DNA of 64,000 nucleotides. It comes from Myxococcota bacterium (GTDB lineage: Bacteria > Myxococcota_A > Polyangia > Polyangiales > Sandaracinaceae). A model generated the notes under the pieces. That model was given only the letters and a program-made list of their open reading frames with translations. It was not told the DNA's origin and did not search any database. Below are positions 47,065-55,237 of this stretch, in pieces (the stretch's first letter is position 1; each line of letters starts with the position of its first letter). The stretch lies in the NCBI GenBank assembly GCA_036149055.1, contig JAYZQJ010000004.1:64001-128000 (forward strand). Direction: 5' to 3'. Position numbers and translations under genes: made by a program.

Positions 47065-49296
47065 TCAGCGCTGCGCCGGCCCGTCGCAGCGCCTCCGTCT
47101 CCGGCGCCCGGCCACCCAGGCCGCGAGGGCGATCGCCAGCCAGCCCGGCACCCCCGTGCGACCCGGGCTCGCCGCGCAGGCGTTGCTCCCGGTCCGCCGC
47201 GTGAAGCCGCCCTCCGCGCCGGCGACCTCGGGGCAGTACTCGAGGTCCCCGCCCGGGTCGCGGCACTCGCCGGGGCACTCCCAGGAGCCGTCGGCGAGGC
47301 AGGCGCAGTGGCGGAGCTGTCCGCGGGTGCAGCCCTCGTCGGTGAGCGCGATCGCGCCGACGCAGATCCGTCGGTCGCCGGCCCCCGCGAGCCCCGGCGC
47401 GACGCAGTGCGGCTCGCTCTCGGTCGGCTCCCGCTCGCAGGGGTTCGGGTTCACGACCGGGCAGAGCGGGCAGTAGCCGCGGGTGCAGATGTAGCGGTCC
47501 TCCCCGCCGGCCGGGCCCCCGCAGCTCGCGTCCGCCGCGCGGCCGTACTCGCCGTCGAGGTTCATCTCGCGGAAGGCGAGCGCGACGTTGCAGGCGTCGC
47601 CGGCGGTGAACCCGTGCCGCCCGCTCTGCGCCCAGGCGTCGGCCTGCTGCACGATCGCGTCGCGGAACTGGCGGAAGCGCTCGGTGCTCGACGCGCGGTT
47701 GTAGCCGAGCGTGAAGTACATCAGCTGCTCGGCCCGCTCGACCGGCGTGTCGTAGCTCTCGACCAGCCGGTAGAAGGGCGTGCTCAGGAAGTAGGTGTGG
47801 TCGTGGACCCGGTAGCCCGCGTCGTAGAGGGCGTCCGCGGTGAGGCCGGCCGAGAGGAAGGCGTCGTAGTCGGTCTGGTCGGGGCGCCCGCCGGGCGACG
47901 GGAAGCTCTGCCCGCGGTAGCCGGCGTTCCGGCGGCCGGTGAGCCACGGGTCGCAGAAGATCCAGAACGAGTCCGCCACCGCCTCCTTGAGCGCCGGGAT
48001 CTCGGGTTCCTGACGACGCAAGGTGTCGTGGAGGGCGTGGCCGTACTCGTGGCACACCACCGCGGGCTCCTCGGTCGAGGCGGTGCCGAGGTAGGCGATG
48101 CCGTAGGAGTACCAGCCGACCCGCGGGTGCTCGCTCATCGGCTCGACCATGAAGCGCACCCCGCTCGTCGGGACCTGCGAGATCGGCACCCAGGGATGCG
48201 TCGTGGCGCTCCAGCCGTCCTGCCCCGAGTGCGCGCGCACGTTCTCGGCGATTTGCGCGGCCCAGGTCCAGACGCGCTGCTCCTGCTCCGACAGCGCCGC
48301 CGGCGCGCTCCCGGTGCTCGAGCCACCGGCGACCAGGGTGTGCCCGGTCATCGAGTCGCGCGATCCCATCGGGAGCGGCGTGGGCGTCGGGCGGTGGATC
48401 TCCACGCGGGCCTCGTCCCAGGTCGGCGTCCGCTCGAGCACCTCGAGCGAGCCATCCTCGACGACCCGCCGCTCCGCCCGGCCGCGCACGTCCCAGGCGG
48501 CGCGCGGCCGGGCGGGGTCGTAGAGGACCCGGGTGAGCTCCGCGGTCTCGCCCGCGCTCACCTCGGCCTCGCTCGACGTGAAGGCGGGGGCTCGATCCAG
48601 GCCGACGAAGAGGCGCGCGTGCACGCTGACCACGACGCCCGCCGGGTCGAGCTCGAGGTCGAGCCCCGCGCGGTGGCCGGGCAGGCCGTCGACGATCTGC
48701 GCGAAACGCACGGTGGCCCAGCCGTCGGGGGCCACGGTCGCCTCGGTCTCCACCAGCTGCTCGGCCGGGGCGCCGAACGCTCCGGCGTGCCGGGCGAGGA
48801 AGTCGGCCGCGCGATCCGACGGGGTGCTCCCCGTGGTGCCGACGCGGAGCGTGACGTTGGCGGGCGCGCCGGTCTCGTCGCTCCGGGTCATCGCCACCTC
48901 GTGGGCGCTCTCGCCGCGGAGCCGGTCGAGCGCCACCTCCACGTCGGGCCGGTGCACGAGCCGCACGCTGCACCCGTAGGTGTCGTCGCGGGTGGCCCGC
49001 AGCAGCGCGGGGACCTCGGGCGCGAGGGTGAGCGCGCCGACGAGGGGATCGCCCGCGAAGTCGCCGGTGACCTCCCGGTCGTCGAGGTAGAGGCGCACGA
49101 CGCCGCCGCCCCCGTCCACCCGGAGCTCCGCCGTCGGACCCACCCGGATCGTCTGCTCCACCAGGCAGTCCACCGGCACCCCGTCCACCGACATCGCCAG
49201 CGCGCCCTCGTCGCGCAGGGTGGGCCCGCCCCCGGCGCCTCCACACCCGAGAGCGAGAGCGAACGACAGCGTGACCGCAGCCCGTCGAGACCTCAT
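47065..49296 (-). CDS. M4/thermolysin-like metallopeptidase, paralog 2
   Basis: ALGC lipobox; HEYGH...ALKEAVAD; collinear with paralog 1 over its full length. Confidence 0.75.
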   Translation of the reverse strand: MRSRRAAVTLSFALALGCGGAGGGPTLRDEGALAMSVDGVPVDCLVEQTIRVGPTAELRVDGGGGVVRLYLDDREVTGDFAGDPLVGALTLAPEVPALLRATRDDTYGCSVRLVHRPDVEVALDRLRGESAHEVAMTRSDETGAPANVTLRVGTTGSTPSDRAADFLARHAGAFGAPAEQLVETEATVAPDGWATVRFAQIVDGLPGHRAGLDLELDPAGVVVSVHARLFVGLDRAPAFTSSEAEVSAGETAELTRVLYDPARPRAAWDVRGRAERRVVEDGSLEVLERTPTWDEARVEIHRPTPTPLPMGSRDSMTGHTLVAGGSSTGSAPAALSEQEQRVWTWAAQIAENVRAHSGQDGWSATTHPWVPISQVPTSGVRFMVEPMSEHPRVGWYSYGIAYLGTASTEEPAVVCHEYGHALHDTLRRQEPEIPALKEAVADSFWIFCDPWLTGRRNAGYRGQSFPSPGGRPDQTDYDAFLSAGLTADALYDAGYRVHDHTYFLSTPFYRLVESYDTPVERAEQLMYFTLGYNRASSTERFRQFRDAIVQQADAWAQSGRHGFTAGDACNVALAFREMNLDGEYGRAADASCGGPAGGEDRYICTRGYCPLCPVVNPNPCEREPTESEPHCVAPGLAGAGDRRICVGAIALTDEGCTRGQLRHCACLADGSWECPGECRDPGGDLEYCPEVAGAEGGFTRRTGSNACAASPGRTGVPGWLAIALAAWVAGRRRRRRCDGPAQR

Positions 49297-49309
49297 GGGC
49301 GCCGAGAAC

Positions 49310-49346
49310 AGCGAAACCCGTGCCGAGGCCAGCGGCACGGGTTTCG
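49310..49346 (-). promoter_or_regulatory. Sigma54-like promoter within a perfect 14-bp inverted repeat
   Basis: Minus strand CGGCACGGGTTTCGCT (49310-49325); arms 49312-49325 and 49333-49346. Confidence 0.6.
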
Positions 49347-49419
49347 GCGGAGCCGGGCTCCACGAATGGGGAGGGTCGACCTCAGCCCGCCGCCGGATCG
49401 GAGCGCGACGGGCTCCGGG

Positions 49420-50754
49420 TCAATACCCCTCGGCGGCCATCGCCTCGTCGGCGAATTCGTAGGCGGCCGCGGCCTGCGCGGGGGCGCCCTGGGCGCTCGA
49501 GGCGCGGGCTCGGGACCGCTCCATGCGCTGGGCGCGCTCTCGCAGGGCACGACCCTCGGCCTCGGGCGCCTCCTCGGCGGCGGCGTCGAGCACCGAGCGG
49601 GCCTGGGCGAGCTGAGCGGCCGCCTGCTGACCCTGACCGCTGCGCATCAGCTCGGCGGCCCGCATCTGGGCCTCGGTGGCCTCGTGGTTGGCGACCATCG
49701 CGGCGACCCGCGGCGCCCGGCTGCGGGCGGCGGCCGAGGCGTCCCGGGTGACCTGGTAGCGGAGCACCGCCTCCTGGGTCTGGGTGCCGCGCTGGCCCGG
49801 CTCCATGTAGACCAGGCGCGCGTGGGCGAGGGGCTGGCTGCCCTCGCGGCGGGTGTCGACCTGGGCCCGGAAGAGGACCTCGCGGTGCTGGCCGGCGTAG
49901 ACCTGGCCGAGCGGGAGGCGGAGCCGGCCGTTCTCGAGCACCGCGCCGGTGGTGGCGCCCTCGAGGATGCGCACGCCGGGGGCCGGGATCACCTCGATGT
50001 AGGCGTTCACGGCCACGCTCTGCGACAGCAGGCTCATCTCCTCCTGGAGGATGCTCGCCATCTGGTGCGGCTGCGCGAGGTGGTAGAGGCGGCCGGAGCT
50101 CCGCACGACCATCGCGCTCAGGGTGGCCTGGTCGTAGCTGAGCCCGACGCCGATGCCGGTGATCTGGGTGCCGAACTCGGTCGCGCCGGCGGCGAGGTTG
50201 GAGAGCGAGTGCGGGTCCGAGGGGCCGATGTTCGCGTGCCCGTCGCTGATCAGGAAGACCCGCCGCACCGGGTGGCTGCCCGGCGCCTGGCCCATGCGGG
50301 AGATGCCGGCCTGCATGCCGCCGTAGAGGTTGGTCCCGCCCGACGCGTAGAGCTGCTGGATGCGCTGCATCAGCGGGCCGCGGCTCGAGGCGCTCACCAC
50401 CGTGGGCGGCGCGAACTCGGTGACCTGGTTGCTGAAGCCGTAGATCGAGACGATGTCGCCGTCGGCGAGGTTCTCGAGCAGGCTCGCGGCGGCCATGCGG
50501 GCGTTCTGGATCTTGTCGCCGGCCATCGAGCCCGAGGTGTCGACCACCAGCGACACCGCCATCGGCGCCCGCGCTCGCCGCGCCGTCACCTGGTGAGGCG
50601 CGTCGACCCACACCCCGACGAACGTCTGCCCATCGGCGCCGACCCGGATCCGCGTCTGCACCGGCGAGCCGTCGATCCACGTCTGCTGCGCCAGCGCCGG
50701 GGCCGCGCTCAGCGCGATCGCCCCCATCAAGATCCCCATCAGTCCTCGTCGCAT
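49420..50754 (-). CDS. Secreted vWA-domain protein
   Basis: Signal peptide; MIDAS VVDTSGSM, GGTNL, LISDGHANIG. Confidence 0.88.
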   Translation of the reverse strand: MRRGLMGILMGAIALSAAPALAQQTWIDGSPVQTRIRVGADGQTFVGVWVDAPHQVTARRARAPMAVSLVVDTSGSMAGDKIQNARMAAASLLENLADGDIVSIYGFSNQVTEFAPPTVVSASSRGPLMQRIQQLYASGGTNLYGGMQAGISRMGQAPGSHPVRRVFLISDGHANIGPSDPHSLSNLAAGATEFGTQITGIGVGLSYDQATLSAMVVRSSGRLYHLAQPHQMASILQEEMSLLSQSVAVNAYIEVIPAPGVRILEGATTGAVLENGRLRLPLGQVYAGQHREVLFRAQVDTRREGSQPLAHARLVYMEPGQRGTQTQEAVLRYQVTRDASAAARSRAPRVAAMVANHEATEAQMRAAELMRSGQGQQAAAQLAQARSVLDAAAEEAPEAEGRALRERAQRMERSRARASSAQGAPAQAAAAYEFADEAMAAEGY

Positions 50755-50825
50755 GCTCTCGACCTCCCGTGTGGAGGGCCCAGACGAGCGAGGCGGCGGT
50801 GGGATCTAAATTGGTCGGGACCTGG

Positions 50826-50858
50826 ATTGCTCTCGCAAAGACGCGAAGCCGCAAGGGG
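50826..50858. repeat. Dispersed copy of module B
   Basis: ATTGCTCTCGCAAAGACGCGAAGCCGCAAGGGG matches the 18.6-19.0 kb copies. Confidence 0.8.
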
Positions 50859-50871
50859 CGCGGGGCGACGC

Positions 50872-50903
50872 GCCGAATGACGATATGACGACGAGCGTCC
50901 CCG
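50872..50903. repeat. 32-bp direct repeat, left copy (right copy 52982-53013)
   Basis: GCCGAAWGACGATATGACGACGAGCGTCCCCG, one mismatch between copies. Confidence 0.85.
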
Positions 50904-50915
50904 GCCCGCTTCACG

Positions 50916-51701
50916 TCAACGGTCGCGCAGCCACCCCTCCAGGCGCTGCCGCTCCGCCTCGTCGAGCACGCTGATCTGGCGCGCCCCGTCGGGGCGAACG
51001 ACCCGGACGGCGGGGCGGGGGCCCAGCGTGGTCCACTCCAGGCTCGCGCCGGCCTCGACCGCTCGCTGGATCATGCCGACTCGGCTGAAGTCGTGCGCCT
51101 CCGCCTCCGGCCGACGAAGCGACGCGACGAAGGCGTCGAGGTCGTCCGCGACCCGGTGGATGTACTCCCACCAGGGCAGGGCGTCCTTGGCGGCCTCCCA
51201 TCGGAGCCGCCGCCGCTCCTCGGCGTCACGCGCCGTCAGCTCGACCCCGGCCAGCGTCTCGCGTGCCGCCTCGCTCTCGAGCGCGCGCTCCACCCGCTCC
51301 CACCACCACGCCGGGAAGCTCGTCCGCGGCCGGTCGTGGTGCCAGAGCATCACCCGACCGGCGTCGGGGCCGGCGAGGACGAAGAACAGCTGGTTGCCGC
51401 CGGGATCCTCCGCGATCGGCAGCGCCTCCGGGGGCAGCCGATCTCGATAGGTCCGCTGCCGGGCCGCGAGCACGTCGAGCCCATGGAACGTCTCGACGCA
51501 GACCTCGCCGCCCTCGGCTGCCGGCGCGACGACGTCGTGCAGGAACACGCCCGCGCACTCGGCGAGGAAGCTCCGACAGGGCTCGGGAAGGGCCGCGCCC
51601 AGCTCCCCCTCGAGCCGGGCGAGAGCCTCTGACCGCGCCTCCGACCTCTCGTCGGGCAAGCGGGGAGACAGCGGCGCGAGCACAGCGAGGTAGCGGCCCA
51701 T
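50916..51701 (-). CDS. SMI1/KNR4 (SUKH) family protein
   Basis: LARLEGELGAALPEPCRSFL; LPIAEDPGGNQL; GRVMLWHHD. ATG at 51701. Confidence 0.85.
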   Translation of the reverse strand: MGRYLAVLAPLSPRLPDERSEARSEALARLEGELGAALPEPCRSFLAECAGVFLHDVVAPAAEGGEVCVETFHGLDVLAARQRTYRDRLPPEALPIAEDPGGNQLFFVLAGPDAGRVMLWHHDRPRTSFPAWWWERVERALESEAARETLAGVELTARDAEERRRLRWEAAKDALPWWEYIHRVADDLDAFVASLRRPEAEAHDFSRVGMIQRAVEAGASLEWTTLGPRPAVRVVRPDGARQISVLDEAERQRLEGWLRDR

Positions 51702-51765
51702 GCCCCACGATACGACGCGCGCGCCCCATCGATACCTACGCCTCCGTCGTCGAGAGCTGCCGTCC

Positions 51766-51825
51766 CCGAGACCGAATCCGAGACCGAGTCCGAGACCGAG
51801 TCCGAAACCGGGTCCGAGACCGAGT
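51766..51825. repeat. Hexamer array (CCGRRW)x10
   Basis: ccgaga ccgaat ccgaga ccgagt...; inverted relative to the 52.7 kb array. Confidence 0.85.
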
Positions 51826-51830
51826 CCGGC

Positions 51831-51893
51831 GCCCTCGGTGGCGACGCTCATCAGGGGAGGAGGGAGGTAGGAGGCGAGGAGGAGTAGCTGGGC
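51831..51893. repeat. Inverted dispersed copy of module C
   Basis: GGGAGGTAGGAGGCGAGGAGGAGTAGCTGGGC versus reverse-complement module C GGGAGGTGGGAGGCGAGGAGGAATAGCTGGGC. Confidence 0.75.
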
Positions 51894-52066
51894 CCGACCC
51901 CGGCCCCCCGGTCGATGCCGGCTCTGCCCTCGTCGAATCGGTGCGAGCTCGGCTGCGGCGCGGGCCACCGGGCGCCCTCGAGGAGGTGCTGGCGGGAACA
52001 TGGGAAGAACGCGCCGTGCTCCGCGACGAAGCAGCGGCGGCTCCGACCGAAGCCGGAGCCGCTTCG

Positions 52067-52387
52067 TCAGTGCAACATCTTCCAGGTCACCGCGCGCGCC
52101 TTGTCGGCCCAGTCCGCGAGCGGCGTGACCGTCTCCTCGCTCACGTAGCCCAGCCCGACGGCCGCGAGCAGCCACACCCGCGCCTCGCCGGCGGAGCCGT
52201 AGGCGGTCTCGAACCGCTCGCGCTGGTGCCCGCCGCGCCGGTTCTCGCCCTCGCCGAGGTTGCCGACCACGCTCGACGCGCTGTCGCGCAGCTGCCGAGC
52301 GAGGTTCTTGTCCTGCTTCGCGATGGCCTCCCAGACGGGCCGGACGCGGGTGAGCCAGTCGATCGCTTCCGAGGTGATGTCGAGCAT
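52067..52387 (-). CDS. Four-helix-bundle protein (23S rRNA IVP / Avd-like family)
   Basis: LARQLRDSASSVVGNLGEG...RFETAYGSAGEARVWL...GYV; GGAGAG RBS before ATG 52387. Confidence 0.85.
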   Translation of the reverse strand: MLDITSEAIDWLTRVRPVWEAIAKQDKNLARQLRDSASSVVGNLGEGENRRGGHQRERFETAYGSAGEARVWLLAAVGLGYVSEETVTPLADWADKARAVTWKMLH

Positions 52388-52430
52388 CGTTCTCTCCGAG
52401 GAGGCGGCCCGCGCAACGCTGTGTCGCGCA

Positions 52431-52572
52431 TCGTCCTCCACCTCCCTCCGCGCCGGGCGCGGACGGGCTAGTCAAGGACGAGCGAGCGCAGCGAGCGAAG
52501 CCGGCGTAGCCGGCGCCGCAGGCGTCCTTTACTCGCCCGGCGGCGTCCGGCACCGTCAGAGGAGGAGGACGA
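52431..52572. other. Long imperfect hairpin with GNA-triloop minihairpins
   Basis: 52464-52480 pairs with 52523-52539 (15/17); 52431-52444 pairs with 52559-52572 (13/14). The apex contains GC-GCA-GC, GC-GAA-GC, CCGGC-GTA-GCCGG and CC-GCA-GG. Confidence 0.75.
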
Positions 52573-52619
52573 GGCGCCAACACGTCTGCCTCTCATGCGG
52601 GCTCGACGGGGGCGTAGCC

Positions 52620-52897
52620 GGCAGCGGGGAGCGGCAGCGAGGCCGGCAGCGGGGCCGGCAGCGGCAGCGGGGGCCGGGGTCGGAGTTGGCGTCGGAGTCG
52701 GAGTCGGAGTCGGAGTCGGAGTCGGAGTCGGAGTCGGAGTCGGAGTCGGAGTCGGAGTCGGAGTCGGACCCGGCGCCGGATTCGGATTCGGATTCGGATT
52801 CGGATTCGGGCTCGGATTCGGGCTCGGACTCGGATTCGGATTCGGAGTCGGACTCGAGCTCGGATTCGGCGTCGGACTCGGATGCGCCGTCGGACTC
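52620..52897. repeat. GGCAGCGG repeats followed by an (NTCGGN)n hexamer array
   Basis: 13 perfect GTCGGA copies at 52691-52768, then TTCGGA/CTCGGA variants. Confidence 0.9.
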
Positions 52898-52917
52898 AGA
52901 CCGCCCCGAGACCGTCA

Positions 52918-53060
52918 GAGATCGATGAAACGAATAGGATCGTCCCCGCTCTCCGGCTGCGACCGGGCTGGTCCGTCTCCTGCCGAAAGACGATATGACG
53001 ACGAGCGTCCCCGAGGTCGGCGGAGATCGATGAAACGAACGGGATCGTCCCCGCTCTCCG
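52918..53060. repeat. 38-bp direct repeat x2 enclosing the right 32-bp repeat
   Basis: GAGATCGATGAAACGAAYRGGATCGTCCCCGCTCTCCG at 52918-52955 and 53023-53060. Confidence 0.85.
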
Positions 53061-53086
53061 CTTGGGGATCGGGGAAGGTCGTCTCT

Positions 53087-54169
53087 TTACTGCAACGGCG
53101 GCGGGTTCTGGAGGCAGGCGCGGAGCTCGGGCGTCTCGGTCCAGCCGCAGTCTCCGTTCGCCTGGCGCTCGCAGGTCGCGCTGCGGTAGCAGGCGTGCTC
53201 GGGGCGGGCGACGCAGATGCTGGCCCGGTCTCCCTGGGCCGGGTCGACGCAGAGCTCGCCGCCGCAGCCGGTGCGCCGGCAGGCCTGCGCGCCGGGGGCT
53301 CCTCCGCCGCCGCCGCCGCCGGCCGCGCACTCGCCCTGGTGGCGGACCGAGACGCCGGCCGCCGCGGCGCCGCAGGCGTTGGAGTAGGTCTGGCCGTCGC
53401 AGCCGCAGACCGGGCGGAACTCGCGGGTGCAGACGGTCGGGCGCGGGCGGCAGGTGCCGGGGTGGTCGGTCTCCCCGCACTGCGCGGTCTCCGGGTGCTG
53501 GCAGAAGAGGCCCTCGCCGCAGGGCGCGAAGCCGCGGGTGCCGCAGGTGTCGCCCTCGGCGCCGGCCGCGTCGCCGTCACCGGGCGGCGGCTCGGAGACC
53601 GGGGGCATGCCCTGGCAGTACGAGGGGCAGGGCGCACGGATGCACTGGACGAAGGCGCACTGCGAGCCGGTCGGGCAGGCGCCGCCGGCGCCGCACTCCA
53701 CGCGACACTCGTCCGAGGCGCAGCGCACGCTCAGCGAGAACGGCGCCGCCGCGCCCGCCGGGCCGAGGACCGCGAGCAGGTAGCTGCCGTCCTGGGGCGC
53801 GTCGAAGCCGACCTCGCCGTCGCCACCGCCGCGCGCGAGGAAGGGCGCCTCGTTCCACTCGCGGGTGAGCGGGCCGTACACCAGGACCTCGCTCGTCGGC
53901 TGCGCCTGGAGGGTGATCCCCACGCGCGCCCCGCCGGACGCCGACAGCACGTAGCCGACCGCCACCCCCTCCTGACCGCTGAGGTGGCCCTGGCGGGTCT
54001 GGTCGAAGGAGATGTTGTCCGCGATCTGGACGTCGCTGGGCCCCGCGGGGCGCGGGACCGGATGGCTGACCTGGCCGCCGTGGCGGACCGGCTCGTCGAC
54101 GTGCTCGACGTAGCAGCCGGTGGCGACGAGGGTGAGGGCGAGGCAAGGGAGGATGTTCTTCATGTTCAT
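53087..54169 (-). CDS. Cys-rich lipoprotein with Kazal-type domain
   Basis: VATGC lipobox; [21 protein letters not shown]-terminal [11 protein letters not shown]...CGW. Confidence 0.8.
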   Translation of the reverse strand: MNMKNILPCLALTLVATGCYVEHVDEPVRHGGQVSHPVPRPAGPSDVQIADNISFDQTRQGHLSGQEGVAVGYVLSASGGARVGITLQAQPTSEVLVYGPLTREWNEAPFLARGGGDGEVGFDAPQDGSYLLAVLGPAGAAAPFSLSVRCASDECRVECGAGGACPTGSQCAFVQCIRAPCPSYCQGMPPVSEPPPGDGDAAGAEGDTCGTRGFAPCGEGLFCQHPETAQCGETDHPGTCRPRPTVCTREFRPVCGCDGQTYSNACGAAAAGVSVRHQGECAAGGGGGGGAPGAQACRRTGCGGELCVDPAQGDRASICVARPEHACYRSATCERQANGDCGWTETPELRACLQNPPPLQ

Positions 54170-54279
54170 GGCTCCGACGTCGTGACGGGTCGGGTTGTTC
54201 AGCGGCGTGTAGCTCCCGCGGAGCCCGCGTCCACCTCGGTCACGACATTTGGCGTATGCTCCGGGGCTCGGAGAACCCC

Positions 54280-54756
54280 ATGACCACACCTCACATGTCG
54301 CCTCGCGTGGCCGCCGGCCTCGTCGCGCTGCTGCTCGGGACCGCCTGCGGTGGGGCCACGACGGAGCTCGCGACCGATCCGGAGGCTCCGCTCGAGGTCG
54401 AGCTCCGCGGCAACCGCATCGTGTTCAACCACAAGCTCCAGTTCGAGTGGGACAGCGCGCAGATCCTCGAGGAGAGCTACCCGATCCTCGATCGCATCTG
54501 CGAGCTGCTGGCCGAGCACGAGGAGATCTTCCGCGTGCAGGTGCAGGGCCACACGAGCGTCGACGGCCAGGAGCAGCACAACCAGGAGCTGTCGGCCGCC
54601 CGCGCCGAGGCGGTGGCGGAGTACCTCCGCGGGCACGGCGTCACCCAGGAGATCACCTCACAGGGCTACGGCGAGACCTACCCGGTGTGCCGCGACGAGA
54701 CCGAGGAGTGTCACCTCCAGAACCGCCGCGTCGAGTTCTTCGTCGACTCGCGATAG
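54280..54756 (+). CDS. OmpA-family lipoprotein
   Basis: GTAC lipobox; [32 protein letters not shown]. Confidence 0.9.
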   Translation: MTTPHMSPRVAAGLVALLLGTACGGATTELATDPEAPLEVELRGNRIVFNHKLQFEWDSAQILEESYPILDRICELLAEHEEIFRVQVQGHTSVDGQEQHNQELSAARAEAVAEYLRGHGVTQEITSQGYGETYPVCRDETEECHLQNRRVEFFVDSR

Positions 54757-54917
54757 TGCAGAGATCCGACCGGTAGAAGGGGAGATGGCGCCGGACCGGC
54801 GTTTCAGGGCAAGGCGCGACGACGAGTCGATGCACCGCATCGGCGAGGAGGAGCAACGCCGCCCTGGAGCGTCGGGACAAGCCAGGTCCCCTTCTACCGG
54901 GATGGATCTCGCACTAG

Positions 54918-55112
54918 TCAGACGACGCAGCCGCGGCGGCGGAGCTCGGTCGCGACGTGGGCGCGGCACATGCGCAGGGCGGCGAGCAGCCCGCGGCCGG
55001 CCGGATCGAGGGCGCCGTCCTCCAGCTCGAGGATCTCGCGGCTGAGGCGGGCGTGCTCGGCGACCGCCAGGGAGAGGCGGGGATCGTCTCGATGAACGAA
55101 AGACTGTTTCAC
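54918..55112 (-). CDS. Small hypothetical protein (64 aa)
   Basis: GGAGG RBS then GTG: MKQSFVHRDDPRLSLAVAEHARLSREILELEDG... Confidence 0.4.
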   Translation of the reverse strand: MKQSFVHRDDPRLSLAVAEHARLSREILELEDGALDPAGRGLLAALRMCRAHVATELRRRGCVV

Positions 55113-55237
55113 TGCATCCTCCACGCGGCGGAGTCTGGCGCGGAGGACGGGAAGCGCTAGAGACGGTTGGGTGACGTGACGAAGTCGACGCGGCGCGGAT
55201 CGTTTCGGAGTATCATGCGGGCGCGAAAGGGTTGACG

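Noticed and set aside
816..50880. Very long alternative ORFs (e.g. 816-5723 -, 11837-15733 +, 44827-50880 +, 44840-49363 -)
   Set aside because: Shadow frames typical of high-GC DNA. They are antisense or off-frame to well-supported genes, Arg/Pro/Ala-rich or mirror-coded, and have no motifs.
52067..52387. Diversity-generating retroelement (Avd-like gene) or 23S rRNA intervening sequence
   Set aside because: No reverse transcriptase, TR/VR pair or rRNA sequence is visible in the window.
52260..52928. Ser-Glu/Ser-Asp repeat protein (Sdr-like)
   Set aside because: It is a translation of the hexamer array, antisense to the four-helix-bundle gene, with no signal peptide or anchor.
52918..53060. 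Possible mini-CRISPR (GGATCGTCCCCGC resembles part of a type I-E repeat)
   Set aside because: Only two copies, a 67-bp spacer that itself contains a repeat found at 50872, no complete internal palindrome, and no cas genes in the window.
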